This document shows positions 20,460 to 31,023 of a stretch of 64,000 nt of DNA, one piece after another; position 1 is the first letter of the stretch; every line of letters starts with the position of its first letter. The position numbers and the translations under genes are program-made. Origin of the DNA: Verrucomicrobiales bacterium (lineage in GTDB: Bacteria; Verrucomicrobiota; Verrucomicrobiia; Verrucomicrobiales; V1-33); contig JANOAV010000202.1 of assembly GCA_031411295.1 (NCBI GenBank), positions 56,814-120,813 of the forward strand, in the 5' to 3' direction. The notes under the pieces are model-generated. The model was given only the letters and a program-made list of their open reading frames with translations. It was not told the origin of the DNA and made no database searches.

Positions 20460-23400
20460 TCACGGTGGGGTGGTGACGAGCAATCGCCCAAAACGACGCC
20501 ACTGATTCGTGGTGGGATTGGGATCAGTGAAGCGCCACTGGGTTCGTCCGAACTCAGAAGGGCTCATGGTGGGAGTGGTTACCTCGGCCAATCCACTGGT
20601 AAAATTTAGGTTATCGGCAAATTGCGCGCGCAGCACAAAATTTGCCGACAAACCATCCAGCACGGCGGTAGCAATCTGCAGGTGGCCGGTCTCACTGAGT
20701 TGCACGGTCGTAGTGCTACCGAAGTCGTGGGATTGAGGGTTGCTACCACGGGCATATTCTAAAATGTTAGGAAACCCATCACGATCCGGGTCTCCATTCC
20801 CCAAAGTTTCCGGTCCATTACCCGGCAAATTTACGGCCCGCCAGGAGGCATACGTGGCAGCCAGAAGGACGTTGAATTTTACGATTCGATGAGCGATGTA
20901 AGTCTGGCCCGCGGCCGCCTGCGTGTAAGTGACATCCACGGTGGCGTAGGTTGCCGCTTGCGGGGTGCCACTGATAACGCCGGTGTTCGCATGCATCGTT
21001 AATCCGTTTGGCAATCCGGTGGCCGCATACGTTCCACCGCTCCATGAACAATCAAACGCCAGTGAACTGGGCGTGCCGACAAAGAGGTAGGCTTCCGCTG
21101 ACCCGACGAGGCTGGGGCCCACCAGGGCCAGCGAATGATAGCCTCCAGCGGAAATAGCCTTCACGGCACCCAATCCAGCGGGCACCGTGCTTTGCCCGTA
21201 GTCCTGATAACCCCAGGCGACTACGGTGCCGTCGCCTCTGAGAGCCAAGGCATGATAATTCCCTGCCGAGATGGCGACCACGCCATGCAACCCCGGCGGC
21301 ACCGCGGACTGCCCGGCATCGTTGCTGCCCCATGCCACCACGGTGCCGTCGCTCTTGAGGGCTAACGAATACGAAAAACCGGCGGATACAGCCACGACGC
21401 CTGACAGGCCGATCGGCACCTCAATTTGGTGATCATCATTATTCCCCCACGCCACCACGGTTCCATTACTGCGCAGCGCCAGTGAATGCCACGCTCCTGC
21501 AGCAATGGCCACAACATCAGTCAACCCGACGGGCACTGCCAGTTGGTTATATTCGTTGGAGCCCCATGCCGCGAGCGTGCCATTAGCTTTTAAGGCCAGG
21601 GAATGCGCCGCCCCGGCAGCGATTCCAACCACGCCGCCGAGTCCACTGGGAACCGTGCTTTGACCGGTATCGTTATACCCCCACGCCACCACACTACCGT
21701 CTGCGCGGAGAGCCAGCGAGTGAACATAACCTGCCGCAATGGCGATCACATTGGTCAATCCGGGTGGAACGGTGCTTTGTCCGTATGAATCCTCGCCCCA
21801 ACCCTGCACCGTGCCATCGCGCTTGAGGAACAAAGCGTATTGCTCGCCAGCAGCAATGGCCATGGCGTCGCGCACCCCACTGGGCAGGACGGTTTGGCCG
21901 TAACTATTCTCACCCCAGGCAGCAATCGGGCTCACCTCAAAACTAAGTGTGGTCTCTGTGAAACCAAAACTGTTGGTGAAACGAAACACCACCGGGTAGA
22001 TTCCCAATCGAGTCGGCATTCCCACCAGCGTTCCCTCCACGGGGTCCACCGTGAGGCCGGAGGGCAGACCTGTGGCGGTGATCGTCATGGGAGTTTGCCC
22101 GCCCGCAAAGACCGCGCCTGGGGGCCGCTGACCTAGCGTCCAAACGGACGGCAGGGTGCTGTTGGCATAGACGGGAGCGCCTGGGACGTGCAATGTTAGG
22201 GTTGCCGTCGCACTTCCACTGGCGTTGGTCGCAGTGAGTTGCACCGCAAACTCTCCGGCCTCAGTGGGCGTGCCAGTGATGACGCCAGTCGTCGCATTTA
22301 AACTCAAGCCCTGCGGCAGTCCCGAGGCCAGGAAACTGGCGGCGGGACTGGCAGTTCTGATTTGATAGTAAAATGATCCGTAGCCGCCGATGGTGACAGC
22401 TCGCACCGGACTGATAATGATCGGCTGCGCATTCGGCTTACCCACCAAGGCCAGCGAGTAGTTATTGGCCGCCGTGATTGCAGCCATACTAGTCAGCCCA
22501 GCGGGCACGGTGCCTTGCCCCTGGGAATTGGCACCCCAACTAACCAACGTCCCATCGCGCTTCAAGGCCACGGAGTGCGACTCTCCTGCAGCGATGCCCA
22601 CGACGTCCGTCAGGCCTGCGGGCACCGTGCTTTTGCCAGACGTCTGTTGGCCCCACGCCACCACCGTTCCATCGTTTCGCAACGCCAAGACATGCCAAGT
22701 TCCTGCGGCAATTGCCACCACGTTATTTAGTCCTGCTGGCATGCTGGTGGCTCCGGGTCCCGGGTAGCCCCAAGTCACCACCGTCCCATCGCTCAGCAGC
22801 GCCAGCGAGAAGGTCGCGCCAGCGGCTATGCCGACCACCCCGGTTAGTCCCGTTGGCACGGCGGATTGCCCATAGCCGAAATCCCCCCACGCCACCACGG
22901 TTCCATTGCTGCGCAACGCCAGCGAGTGGTTCTTCCCAGCCGCGATCGCTACGACCCCGCTGAGGAATGTTGGGACGGAACTTTGCTGATAGGTGTTATT
23001 CCCCCACCCGACCACCAACCCATCGCTTTTCAGTGCCAGCGAATGAGATCCACCAGCCGCAATGGCCACCACGTTGGCAAGCCCCGCCGGCACCATGGAT
23101 TGGTTGGACGCATTACTGCCCCAAGCCACCACCGTGCCATTTTGGCGGAGCGCCAGCGCGTGGCTTGCGCCAGCAGTCAGGCTCACAATGTCTTTGAGTC
23201 CCAATGGCAGCGCTGGATTGGCGCCCCAAGCGGTCACCGGGGAAACTTCAATCGCGAATGACCGCTCGACGAAACCAATGTTATTGGCAAAGCGGAAGAC
23301 CACATTATAGAGGCCGGGTTGCAGGGGCGCGCCAATAATGGTTCCCTGCACGGGATCGATCGTGGTGCCCAATGGAAGACCGGTGGCGGAGATCGTCGGC

Positions 23401-25952
23401 AGGGCGGTCGCGATGACCTGCCCGGCGGGACGCTGGCCGATGAGCCAGAGTGCGGGCAGCGTGTTACTCCTGAAGATCGGAGCCCCGGTCACGTAGAGCG
23501 TTAAGAGAGCACTGGTGCTACCGTTGGCATTCGTCGCACCGAGGACCACTGGAAAAGTCCCGGAGACCGTCGGCGTGCCAGCAATGATACCCGTAGCCGA
23601 ATCCAGCGTGAGCCCCGTGGGAAGCCCTGATGCAGTATGACTGGTCGCTCCATTCAGGGTTAGGATGCGGTAGAGAAAATTTCCACTGCCTCCCGCCGCC
23701 AAGGCACGAGCTGGACTCACAATGCTGGGAGGACCGCTACTACTGCCGTTGATCGCTAGGAAATGACTTCCTCCAGCCGCCAGACTAACCGCATGATTGA
23801 GCCCCACTGGCACCGTGCCTCCAGCGGCCAAAAGCACCACCGTGCCGTCGCCCTTGAGGGCCAATGATTGTTTCCCGGAGGCGATGGCCACCACTTCATT
23901 TAACCCCACTGGCACCGCAATCTCGTCGCCCCAGGCCACCACCGATCCGTCTGCCTTGAGCGCCACCGAGTGTTTCTCACCCGCCCCAATCGCCACAACT
24001 CCGCTTAAGCCAGCAGGCACGCTTTGTTGACCGTAAGTATTATCTCCCCACGCCACGACCACACCATCGCTACGCAGGGCTACGGAATGTTCTTTGCCAG
24101 CGGCAATCGCTATGACGCTGCTCAAACCTGCGGGCACACTGATTTGTCCCTGTTTGTTTTCTCCCCACCCCGCCACGAGCCCATCATCCAACAGCGCGAG
24201 CGAGTGCCGTCCTCCAGCCGCCAGGGCTATCACCCCCGTGAGTCCGGACGGCACGGTGCTTTGGCCCATTTGGTTACTGCCCCAGGCCGCCACCGTTCCA
24301 TCTTGCCGCAACGCCAACGAGTGAGCGTCCCCGGCCGCCAGCGCGATCACATTGGCCAATCCTGCCGGCACCGTGCTTTGGTTGTAAAAATTGTATCCCC
24401 ACGCAACCACCGTGCCATCATTTTTCAAAGCCAGCGAGTGCCCATTTCCCGCCGCCACCGCACGAGCGGCGGTTAATCCCAGCGGCAGCGTGGTGGCACC
24501 AAAATCATTATTGCCCCAGGCCACCACAGGCGAGACTTCGAACGTCTGCGTCGTTTGCACCGACCCAAAACCACTCTGCGCCTGCACGGCCACGGAGTAA
24601 CTTCCCACCTGCTGCGGGGAGCCCAGAATCGTGCCCAGCGTGGGATCGACGCTCGTCCCAGGCGGCAGCCCCGTGGCCGTTATCGTCGGTTGATTCGTGA
24701 TCGCAAATTCTCCAGGCGGATTTATCCCCACCGACCACACGGGCGGCAACGTGCTTCCCATCAGCACTGGGGCCCCGGTCAGGCTAAGCGTTAGGAAGAC
24801 AGTGTCACTCCCCGCCCCATTCGTGGCCCCGAGTGTCACCACGAAATTTCCGGCAACAGAGGGAGTGCCTGCAATGACGCCCGTGCCGGCATCGAAATTC
24901 AATCCTGCGGGCAGTCCACTGGCACTGAAGCTCGTGGCCGGACTGGCCGTGCGGATTTGATAGTGAAATGATCCGTAACCCCCAGTGGCGACCGCCCTGC
25001 GCGGACTCACAATGTGCGGCAGTCCACTAATATTACCGGCTAATCCGAGCGAGAAATTTCCTCCGGCGGCTACACTCGTCACCCCTGCTAACCCCTGCGG
25101 TAGCGAGCTTTGGCTCAGATAATTACTGCCCCATTGCACCGCCGTGCCATTGCCCCTGAGCGCGATGGAATGCGAGCCACCGGCGGCTAACGCGACCACG
25201 CCATTCAGGCCCGCCGGAACCGTGGCTTGGCCGTAGTAATCGTAGCCCCACGCCACCACCGTGCCATCAATCCGCAAGGCCAGCGAGTGTGCCCCACCGG
25301 CGGCAATGGCCACCACTCCGCTCAATCCCGGGGGAACCGCCGTTTGCCCGGAATAATTGTAACCCCACGCCACCACCGTGCCATTGCTGCGCAGCGCCAG
25401 CGAGTGGGAACCACCGGCTGCGATGGCCACCACGCCACTGAGGCTTGGCGGGACGGTGCTCTGCGCGTTGTCATTGGCACCCCAGGCGACCACCGTGCCG
25501 TCCTGCTTCAGCGCCAGCGAATGGAAATAGCCGCAGGCAATGGCCATCACGTTAGTCAATCCGCCGGGCACCGTGCTCTCCCCCACGGAATCCGAACCCC
25601 AAGCCACCACCGAGCCATCACCGCGCAAAGCCAGCGAGTGCCCCCCTGCCGCCGCAATCTCAACCACGTTGGCAAGCCCGGAAGGCACCATGCTCTGACC
25701 GCTGGCATTGCTGCCCCAAGCCCGCACCGTGCCATTGGTTTGCAACGCCAAACCATGCCCGGCACCCGCCGCCAGCGCAATGGTATCGGTTAAATCCGTC
25801 GGCACTGTCTGCACCGCTCCGGCCCCACCCCACGCACTTACCGTTTGCGCATAGCCCGGCACCATCCAGCCGGCCCACAGCCAGAGGCTGGTATGCAGGA
25901 GTCGCAGGAAAGATTGTTTGGGAGGGGTGGTCGCAGATTGGGGGGACAACAT
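20460..25952 (-). CDS. Large secreted protein with four RCC1-repeat blocks alternating with He_PIG/Ig-like domains and a C-terminal DxDxDG domain
   Basis: About 39-aa repeat VVAIAAGxxHSLALxxDGTVVAWG; ASGLPxGL..TGxIxGTP Ig motifs; signal peptide ending GYA|Q. Confidence 0.9.
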   Translation of the reverse strand: MLSPQSATTPPKQSFLRLLHTSLWLWAGWMVPGYAQTVSAWGGAGAVQTVPTDLTDTIALAAGAGHGLALQTNGTVRAWGSNASGQSMVPSGLANVVEIAAAGGHSLALRGDGSVVAWGSDSVGESTVPGGLTNVMAIACGYFHSLALKQDGTVVAWGANDNAQSTVPPSLSGVVAIAAGGSHSLALRSNGTVVAWGYNYSGQTAVPPGLSGVVAIAAGGAHSLALRIDGTVVAWGYDYYGQATVPAGLNGVVALAAGGSHSIALRGNGTAVQWGSNYLSQSSLPQGLAGVTSVAAGGNFSLGLAGNISGLPHIVSPRRAVATGGYGSFHYQIRTASPATSFSASGLPAGLNFDAGTGVIAGTPSVAGNFVVTLGATNGAGSDTVFLTLSLTGAPVLMGSTLPPVWSVGINPPGEFAITNQPTITATGLPPGTSVDPTLGTILGSPQQVGSYSVAVQAQSGFGSVQTTQTFEVSPVVAWGNNDFGATTLPLGLTAARAVAAGNGHSLALKNDGTVVAWGYNFYNQSTVPAGLANVIALAAGDAHSLALRQDGTVAAWGSNQMGQSTVPSGLTGVIALAAGGRHSLALLDDGLVAGWGENKQGQISVPAGLSSVIAIAAGKEHSVALRSDGVVVAWGDNTYGQQSVPAGLSGVVAIGAGEKHSVALKADGSVVAWGDEIAVPVGLNEVVAIASGKQSLALKGDGTVVLLAAGGTVPVGLNHAVSLAAGGSHFLAINGSSSGPPSIVSPARALAAGGSGNFLYRILTLNGATSHTASGLPTGLTLDSATGIIAGTPTVSGTFPVVLGATNANGSTSALLTLYVTGAPIFRSNTLPALWLIGQRPAGQVIATALPTISATGLPLGTTIDPVQGTIIGAPLQPGLYNVVFRFANNIGFVERSFAIEVSPVTAWGANPALPLGLKDIVSLTAGASHALALRQNGTVVAWGSNASNQSMVPAGLANVVAIAAGGSHSLALKSDGLVVGWGNNTYQQSSVPTFLSGVVAIAAGKNHSLALRSNGTVVAWGDFGYGQSAVPTGLTGVVGIAAGATFSLALLSDGTVVTWGYPGPGATSMPAGLNNVVAIAAGTWHVLALRNDGTVVAWGQQTSGKSTVPAGLTDVVGIAAGESHSVALKRDGTLVSWGANSQGQGTVPAGLTSMAAITAANNYSLALVGKPNAQPIIISPVRAVTIGGYGSFYYQIRTASPAASFLASGLPQGLSLNATTGVITGTPTEAGEFAVQLTATNASGSATATLTLHVPGAPVYANSTLPSVWTLGQRPPGAVFAGGQTPMTITATGLPSGLTVDPVEGTLVGMPTRLGIYPVVFRFTNSFGFTETTLSFEVSPIAAWGENSYGQTVLPSGVRDAMAIAAGEQYALFLKRDGTVQGWGEDSYGQSTVPPGLTNVIAIAAGYVHSLALRADGSVVAWGYNDTGQSTVPSGLGGVVGIAAGAAHSLALKANGTLAAWGSNEYNQLAVPVGLTDVVAIAAGAWHSLALRSNGTVVAWGNNDDHQIEVPIGLSGVVAVSAGFSYSLALKSDGTVVAWGSNDAGQSAVPPGLHGVVAISAGNYHALALRGDGTVVAWGYQDYGQSTVPAGLGAVKAISAGGYHSLALVGPSLVGSAEAYLFVGTPSSLAFDCSWSGGTYAATGLPNGLTMHANTGVISGTPQAATYATVDVTYTQAAAGQTYIAHRIVKFNVLLAATYASWRAVNLPGNGPETLGNGDPDRDGFPNILEYARGSNPQSHDFGSTTTVQLSETGHLQIATAVLDGLSANFVLRAQFADNLNFTSGLAEVTTPTMSPSEFGRTQWRFTDPNPTTNQWRRFGRLLVTTPP

Positions 25953-25992
25953 GACGAGCTAGAGTATAATTTCCGCGCGCCCAGCACCAGAC

Positions 25993-26853
25993 TTATTTGC
26001 AGGCTGCCAAACGAATCACGGTTCCGAGCGTGTGACTGGCTCCAGGGGCCAGCTCGATTTCATCCTGCCAGGCATTGGCCGTTTCCACGCAGACGAAATG
26101 ATGATAGTCATCATCCGGCAAATCCGCCAGCCTGCGGGACTTGGCCTCCCACGGGTTCCACACCACCGTGCACTGACTGCCATTTCCCTCCACCTGCCAG
26201 CCACGATCCAAGGCTGAATCGTCCACCTGCAGCTTGCCCGCATGGACATATTCACGATCTACTTCTTCACTAAATGTCACGGCTCCGACTTGTCGACAAA
26301 GGCGGGGCGGTCCCACTCGATCCTGGTATTCGGCACCATCCAGCCCCTGAATTGCCACCCGATTGATATCTCCCACTGACAAATAGGAGTGCAGCGCGCT
26401 CGTGATGGTTACCGCTGCCGCATCCGTGTTCGTCATGCGCAGCGCCAGCTCCAGTGTTGCTCCCAAGTGCATGACCAACTCCAATTGGAACGCATGCGGC
26501 CAGAGCTGCCGAGTCTCCGCACTATCGGCTAGGATAAATTTGAGCTTCACTCCGATTTCATCCTCCGTGGCCGAAGCCATCTCCCACTGACGAGTGCGCA
26601 CGAAACCATGCAGCGGCAGCGTGGTATCCGTCGGATGGGGACCGAACCACGGCCAGCAAATCGGCACGCCGCCGCGGATTGCTTTGCCTGCTTCATAGAC
26701 GGCCTGCGGACTCAGATAAAGTCCCGCGGGTTGCCCCGCCGGAGTCCATTCCATCAAATGCACGCCCTGCAACGCCACGCGGGCGCGGCAGGTGGAATGC
26801 TGAATTTCGAAAATGGGATAGCCAGCGATGGCCTCGGTGCGAACAATACTCAT
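25993..26853 (-). CDS. D-hexose-6-phosphate mutarotase (aldose 1-epimerase family)
   Basis: AIRGGVPICWPWFG, HGFVR, ALHSYL, VVWNPW, FVCVE. Confidence 0.9.
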   Translation of the reverse strand: MSIVRTEAIAGYPIFEIQHSTCRARVALQGVHLMEWTPAGQPAGLYLSPQAVYEAGKAIRGGVPICWPWFGPHPTDTTLPLHGFVRTRQWEMASATEDEIGVKLKFILADSAETRQLWPHAFQLELVMHLGATLELALRMTNTDAAAVTITSALHSYLSVGDINRVAIQGLDGAEYQDRVGPPRLCRQVGAVTFSEEVDREYVHAGKLQVDDSALDRGWQVEGNGSQCTVVWNPWEAKSRRLADLPDDDYHHFVCVETANAWQDEIELAPGASHTLGTVIRLAACK

Positions 26854-26905
26854 GCCACCATGTAACATCGGAATCACAAAACCGAAAGTGGGTTTCTCCA
26901 ATGTT

Positions 26906-27442
26906 TCAGGCGCGCCAGAGTTGTTTCCAAGCTGCGGCCTCGCCAGGATGCCCCCAGCGCTCTAATTGCTCGTAAACCTTGTCCCGAGAGGGCTCGCAAA
27001 CATTTTCCTCAGCCAGTTGCTTTTCGTCTGCCGGGAAATGCGGCAACAGTTCGCAGACCAGAACCCAGCAAGCCCAAGCGCGCCAAGTTCGCAGGGCTTT
27101 CCGGGGTTCCACCATGCGGGTGGCCAGATGCTGATAGTGTCTGCGCGGATTGCCAATGAACTGGTCCGGCCCATGATGCTGCAACAACCAAACTACCGCG
27201 GCATAGGGCAGGGGCCAGCGTTGCAAAACTTCATCCGTGGCCGCCACCGCCGAACCCAGCGCTCGATTCACCTGCAGCAACGCTTGCGCTGGCAAGTCCT
27301 GCCGCCAGTGGCTCTGCGCATAATTCAGCGCCATTTCATAGAATTCAGCCCCGCGATCCTCCTTGCCGAACGGTTGCAAACAAGCCGCCGTTAACACCCC
27401 CGACGGCACTGGTAAAAACGGGCAGCATTCTGAAGGGGGCAT
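26906..27442 (-). CDS. Hypothetical helical protein
   Basis: Protein-like ORF in a same-strand run; GNPRRHYQHLATRM motif; no family recognised. Confidence 0.65.
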   Translation of the reverse strand: MPPSECCPFLPVPSGVLTAACLQPFGKEDRGAEFYEMALNYAQSHWRQDLPAQALLQVNRALGSAVAATDEVLQRWPLPYAAVVWLLQHHGPDQFIGNPRRHYQHLATRMVEPRKALRTWRAWACWVLVCELLPHFPADEKQLAEENVCEPSRDKVYEQLERWGHPGEAAAWKQLWRA

Positions 27443-27458
27443 GGGGATCAGAGGTAGC

Positions 27459-28109
27459 CTAAAACTCAAACAACTTTCCACTCGAGAGGGTCACCACGCC
27501 AACAAACACCGCAGAAACCATCACGGTGATTGTGAGCAATACGAAAAATTTTCCCAGCGCCTGCAATCCCATTTCTGAGGCCACCGCCTCCCCGAGCAGT
27601 TCTCCATGACGCAGACGATTGGCTCCCAGAATCAAGACCAACCCCATCCAAGTTCCCATCACTCCTTCGAAAATTTCCAGTCCACAGCGAGCCGCCATCC
27701 ATCCCAAAGGAGCACTCGCAGCGCTCGCGCCTTCCAAATTATGCGCCTGTTGCTGCCAAACCTTAAACAGGCCGCCCCCGCCCAACACCGCCACCACCAA
27801 GCATCCCAAGCCCAGCACTAGCAACATTCCACCACAGGTCACCAGCCAGCCATAGCGCCGGGTCAGCGGGCGGGCCACCTGATGGGCCGCAAAGGACTGC
27901 AACTTGGGCGCACTTGGCAATTGGGCGCGACTCACACTGTTCGTGGTGAATAATTCCGGCTTCAGTTCCCCCAGCGCCCTCCAGTCCCCCGTTCCCTCCG
28001 GCCAAACCAAGGATTGCGCACGCAGCAATCCAGCCGCTACCAAATTTGGCAACTGATCTTCAGAGGTCGGAATTTGTTCCTGAGAGTCGGAGAGAAAATA
28101 CCAGCGCAT
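27459..28109 (-). CDS. GYF_2 (DUF4339) domain membrane protein
   Basis: N-terminal WY..LVWPEGTGDW motif; three hydrophobic helices. Confidence 0.75.
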   Translation of the reverse strand: MRWYFLSDSQEQIPTSEDQLPNLVAAGLLRAQSLVWPEGTGDWRALGELKPELFTTNSVSRAQLPSAPKLQSFAAHQVARPLTRRYGWLVTCGGMLLVLGLGCLVVAVLGGGGLFKVWQQQAHNLEGASAASAPLGWMAARCGLEIFEGVMGTWMGLVLILGANRLRHGELLGEAVASEMGLQALGKFFVLLTITVMVSAVFVGVVTLSSGKLFEF

Positions 28110-28289
28110 GGGAGAAGGTGGACGAAAAATAATTGGGTCTGAAGGGTGAGTGGGCTCATAGCACGCGGCAATCGCAGGTGCAAGCCCACGTCTACCGCTG
28201 GGCAGTGCAGAGCAAGCGCCATCAGATGCATATTTTCGTTTGCAAAAAAAGAGAGTGCTCGCAGATTATAGATTCTTCGACGAAGTCAC

Positions 28290-28362
<73 letters not shown>

Positions 28363-28418
28363 TCTTCGTCCTCTGCCAGTGCGGCAGCAATTTCTCCAAC
28401 CGACCTTAGTTTAACGGT

Positions 28419-29174
28419 ATGCGCTCTTTTCTCTTAGTGCTTTGGATTTGGTGTTCTACGCTTGGTCCCGCCAAGGCCGCCCCATCCACCTCCCGCCTGG
28501 CCCGTCCTGGAGATTATGTCATCGTGGTGCACGGTCTCGCTTGGCTGCGGGATACCCTCAAGCCCACCGTGAGACACTTGGAGGACCAAGGCTATCAAGT
28601 GATCCGTTTCAAATATGACTCCCGCAAGGCGCTGGACGAAGCAGCCCTAGCCGCCGAGCTATCCCATTTGTTAAAGCAAAATTGCCCGGATCCCACGAAA
28701 CGGATTCACTTTGTGGCCCATTCCATGGGCACCATCGTCACGCGCTCGTTTCTCAATCACCAGACGCTGCCAAATCTTGGCCAAGTCGTGCTCCTGGCCC
28801 CTCCCAGTCAAGGCACGGAGTTGGCAGACCTCATCGGCAAGAGTAGATTTCTCCAGGAAATTTTCGGACGCGGAGCCCCGGCCCTCGGAACTACCCCGGA
28901 CTGCCTGCCCTGCCGCCTGAGTCCCCCCACCTATGGCCCGGGCATCATTATGGGAGACCGCAGCATGTTTTGGCTGACCTCCTGGATCCTGCCGGGCCCG
29001 GACGATGGCATCATCCCCGTCGAACGCGGTAAACTCCCCGGGATGGCAGACTTCATCGTCGTTCCCGCAAATCATATCAGATTGCCTGGCAACGACAACG
29101 CCTTGCGGCAAATCGATTCTTTTCTCCAAACTGGTGGCTTCACCCCACCGCAAAATTTCGCCCAGGATACTTAA
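28419..29174 (+). CDS. Secreted alpha/beta hydrolase (lipase/esterase-like)
   Basis: VHGL, AHSMG nucleophile elbow, DGII, NH. Confidence 0.85.
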   Translation: MRSFLLVLWIWCSTLGPAKAAPSTSRLARPGDYVIVVHGLAWLRDTLKPTVRHLEDQGYQVIRFKYDSRKALDEAALAAELSHLLKQNCPDPTKRIHFVAHSMGTIVTRSFLNHQTLPNLGQVVLLAPPSQGTELADLIGKSRFLQEIFGRGAPALGTTPDCLPCRLSPPTYGPGIIMGDRSMFWLTSWILPGPDDGIIPVERGKLPGMADFIVVPANHIRLPGNDNALRQIDSFLQTGGFTPPQNFAQDT

Positions 29175-29240
29175 ATTCTGGCATTGCCTTTCGGCCAGTA
29201 GCTGAACATACTTAAGAGAAATTAACTTTCTCACCATCCG

Positions 29241-30359
29241 ATGTCCCAAATTAAGATCGACTGTCCCCGCTGTGACCAATCCACTAACGTGGACATGGAT
29301 CAACGTCTGACTGGCCAGCGTTGTGAACATTGCGGATCCTTCCTCTACAGCGCAGACACTGGCGTCAAGCTCGACGTGGCAAGCCGCAAAGTGCGGCGCA
29401 AACAATGGCACAGTATCACCGGGACCGCCGTCCGGGACTTGGAAAACGAAACCATCGACACCACCGATGCCTTCCAGCGGCGGGGTTGGCAGGCTTGGTA
29501 TATGCCGACCTTCATCGTTGGACTCGTCGCGATGATCGCGATGATCACCTTTCTCGTGCGACGGCAACGTGCAGAAAGCCGCTTGGAACAGAATGCCGAA
29601 GCCATTTCAGGCCTGCAAACCTCCCTGCAGAAAGCGGAGCGCGACACCAACAACCTCGTTCCCGCCCAAGTCAAAGACACGACCCCGCCACCCGAATGGG
29701 CAAAGCAAGCGCGCGACATTTCCTCACAATTCCTCCGCGCCACAACTGCTGCCGAGATTCTTCCCTTGGTGCGAAACCGGGCATCGTTCGTTAAGCAAAT
29801 CGAGGCCTACGCCTCCAAACCAGGCAACCTTCCCATCGCCAAAGCGGGTGTCCTCGACATCGTTTACGCTCCAGAAGAGGCTGGTAAAACCGGAACCTTG
29901 GCGATGTTGTTTTTCGAAAATAATGAGCAACACGTGCAAGGCTTGGTCCTGGCCGATACCCCAGAGGGCCTGTTGGTGGACTGGCCCAGCTTCTCCGGTG
30001 AGGGAGATATGAGCATCGCAGAGTTCCTCGAAAAGAAACCCACGGAACCCACGCTCCTCCGGGTGGCCGCGCGTTTGGACGATTACTACAATTTCGAATA
30101 CCAAAATCGTGATCTCGTGACCTGCGTCCGTCTGACTGATTATCCCGAAACCGTTTACTTCTATGGCTACGTGCTGCGGTCGATGCCTCAGCTAAAAAGT
30201 CGGATTGAACACCTCCCCACCCAAAACCACGGCTCCGCCGAGGATCTGCAAACCAAACCGCAGCCGCTGACCATCAAAGCCCGTTTCCATGCGGGCACCC
30301 GCTCGGAGAATCAGGTGGAAATTACCGAGATCATCGGCAACGGATGGTTCGTGCGCTAG
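29241..30359 (+). CDS. Zinc-ribbon, single-TM hypothetical protein
   Basis: CPRC..CEHC at the N-terminus, one hydrophobic helix, soluble C-terminal domain. Confidence 0.7.
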   Translation: MSQIKIDCPRCDQSTNVDMDQRLTGQRCEHCGSFLYSADTGVKLDVASRKVRRKQWHSITGTAVRDLENETIDTTDAFQRRGWQAWYMPTFIVGLVAMIAMITFLVRRQRAESRLEQNAEAISGLQTSLQKAERDTNNLVPAQVKDTTPPPEWAKQARDISSQFLRATTAAEILPLVRNRASFVKQIEAYASKPGNLPIAKAGVLDIVYAPEEAGKTGTLAMLFFENNEQHVQGLVLADTPEGLLVDWPSFSGEGDMSIAEFLEKKPTEPTLLRVAARLDDYYNFEYQNRDLVTCVRLTDYPETVYFYGYVLRSMPQLKSRIEHLPTQNHGSAEDLQTKPQPLTIKARFHAGTRSENQVEITEIIGNGWFVR

Positions 30360-30387
30360 CAACTAACGGCATTTTTCAGCTCCACCC

Positions 30388-31017
30388 ATGCGCCTCATCT
30401 GGCTCTTCCTCCTCCTCGCAGTCCTCGTGCTCGTGCCATTCCTGATTTGGGGTGAACATCTCATGACCCGATTCGAAGGGCCCGGAGCAGAACAGTGGCT
30501 CCTCAGCCTGGGGCGCTGGGCGTGGCTGGCCGCCATCGGCCTGCTCATCGCGGATCTTTTTCTCCCCCTGCCCGCCACCCCCATCATGAGCGCCCTTGGC
30601 CTGATCTACGGCCCTTGGTTAGGCGGAACCATCGGAGCCACGGGGGCATTTCTTTCCGGCTGTCTGGCCTATTTCCTCTGCCGCCAAGTAGGCGAGCGGG
30701 CGGCCCTGAAATTACTGGGCGAGCAGGATTTGCAGCGCGGCCGGGCCTTGTTTGCCAAGTCTGGCGGCTGGATCATCGCCCTCACCCGCTGGGTCCCCAT
30801 TCTGCCGGAAGTCACCAGTTGCATGGCCGGATTAACCCGCATGCCCTTGGGGAAATTCCTCCTCGCCCTCGCCTGCGGTTGCCTCCCCATGGCGTTTACC
30901 TTCGCCTGGATCGGAGCCAGCGGCATGGAGCATCCCGGCTGGGCTCTCGGACTCAGCGCGGCCCTGCCCGTGCTCTTCTGGGGCATCACCTCGGCGGTGT
31001 TCCGGCGGCATCCCTAA
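30388..31017 (+). CDS. DedA/VTT (TVP38) family membrane protein
   Basis: LPLPAT..GxxYG; TRWVPILPE..AG. Confidence 0.85.
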   Translation: MRLIWLFLLLAVLVLVPFLIWGEHLMTRFEGPGAEQWLLSLGRWAWLAAIGLLIADLFLPLPATPIMSALGLIYGPWLGGTIGATGAFLSGCLAYFLCRQVGERAALKLLGEQDLQRGRALFAKSGGWIIALTRWVPILPEVTSCMAGLTRMPLGKFLLALACGCLPMAFTFAWIGASGMEHPGWALGLSAALPVLFWGITSAVFRRHP

Positions 31018-31023
31018 CGGCAC

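Noticed and set aside
20460..25952. Regular about 117-bp periodicity as a CRISPR array or DGR
   Set aside because: Repeats are in-frame degenerate coding units; no identical repeats with unique spacers, and no cas or reverse transcriptase gene
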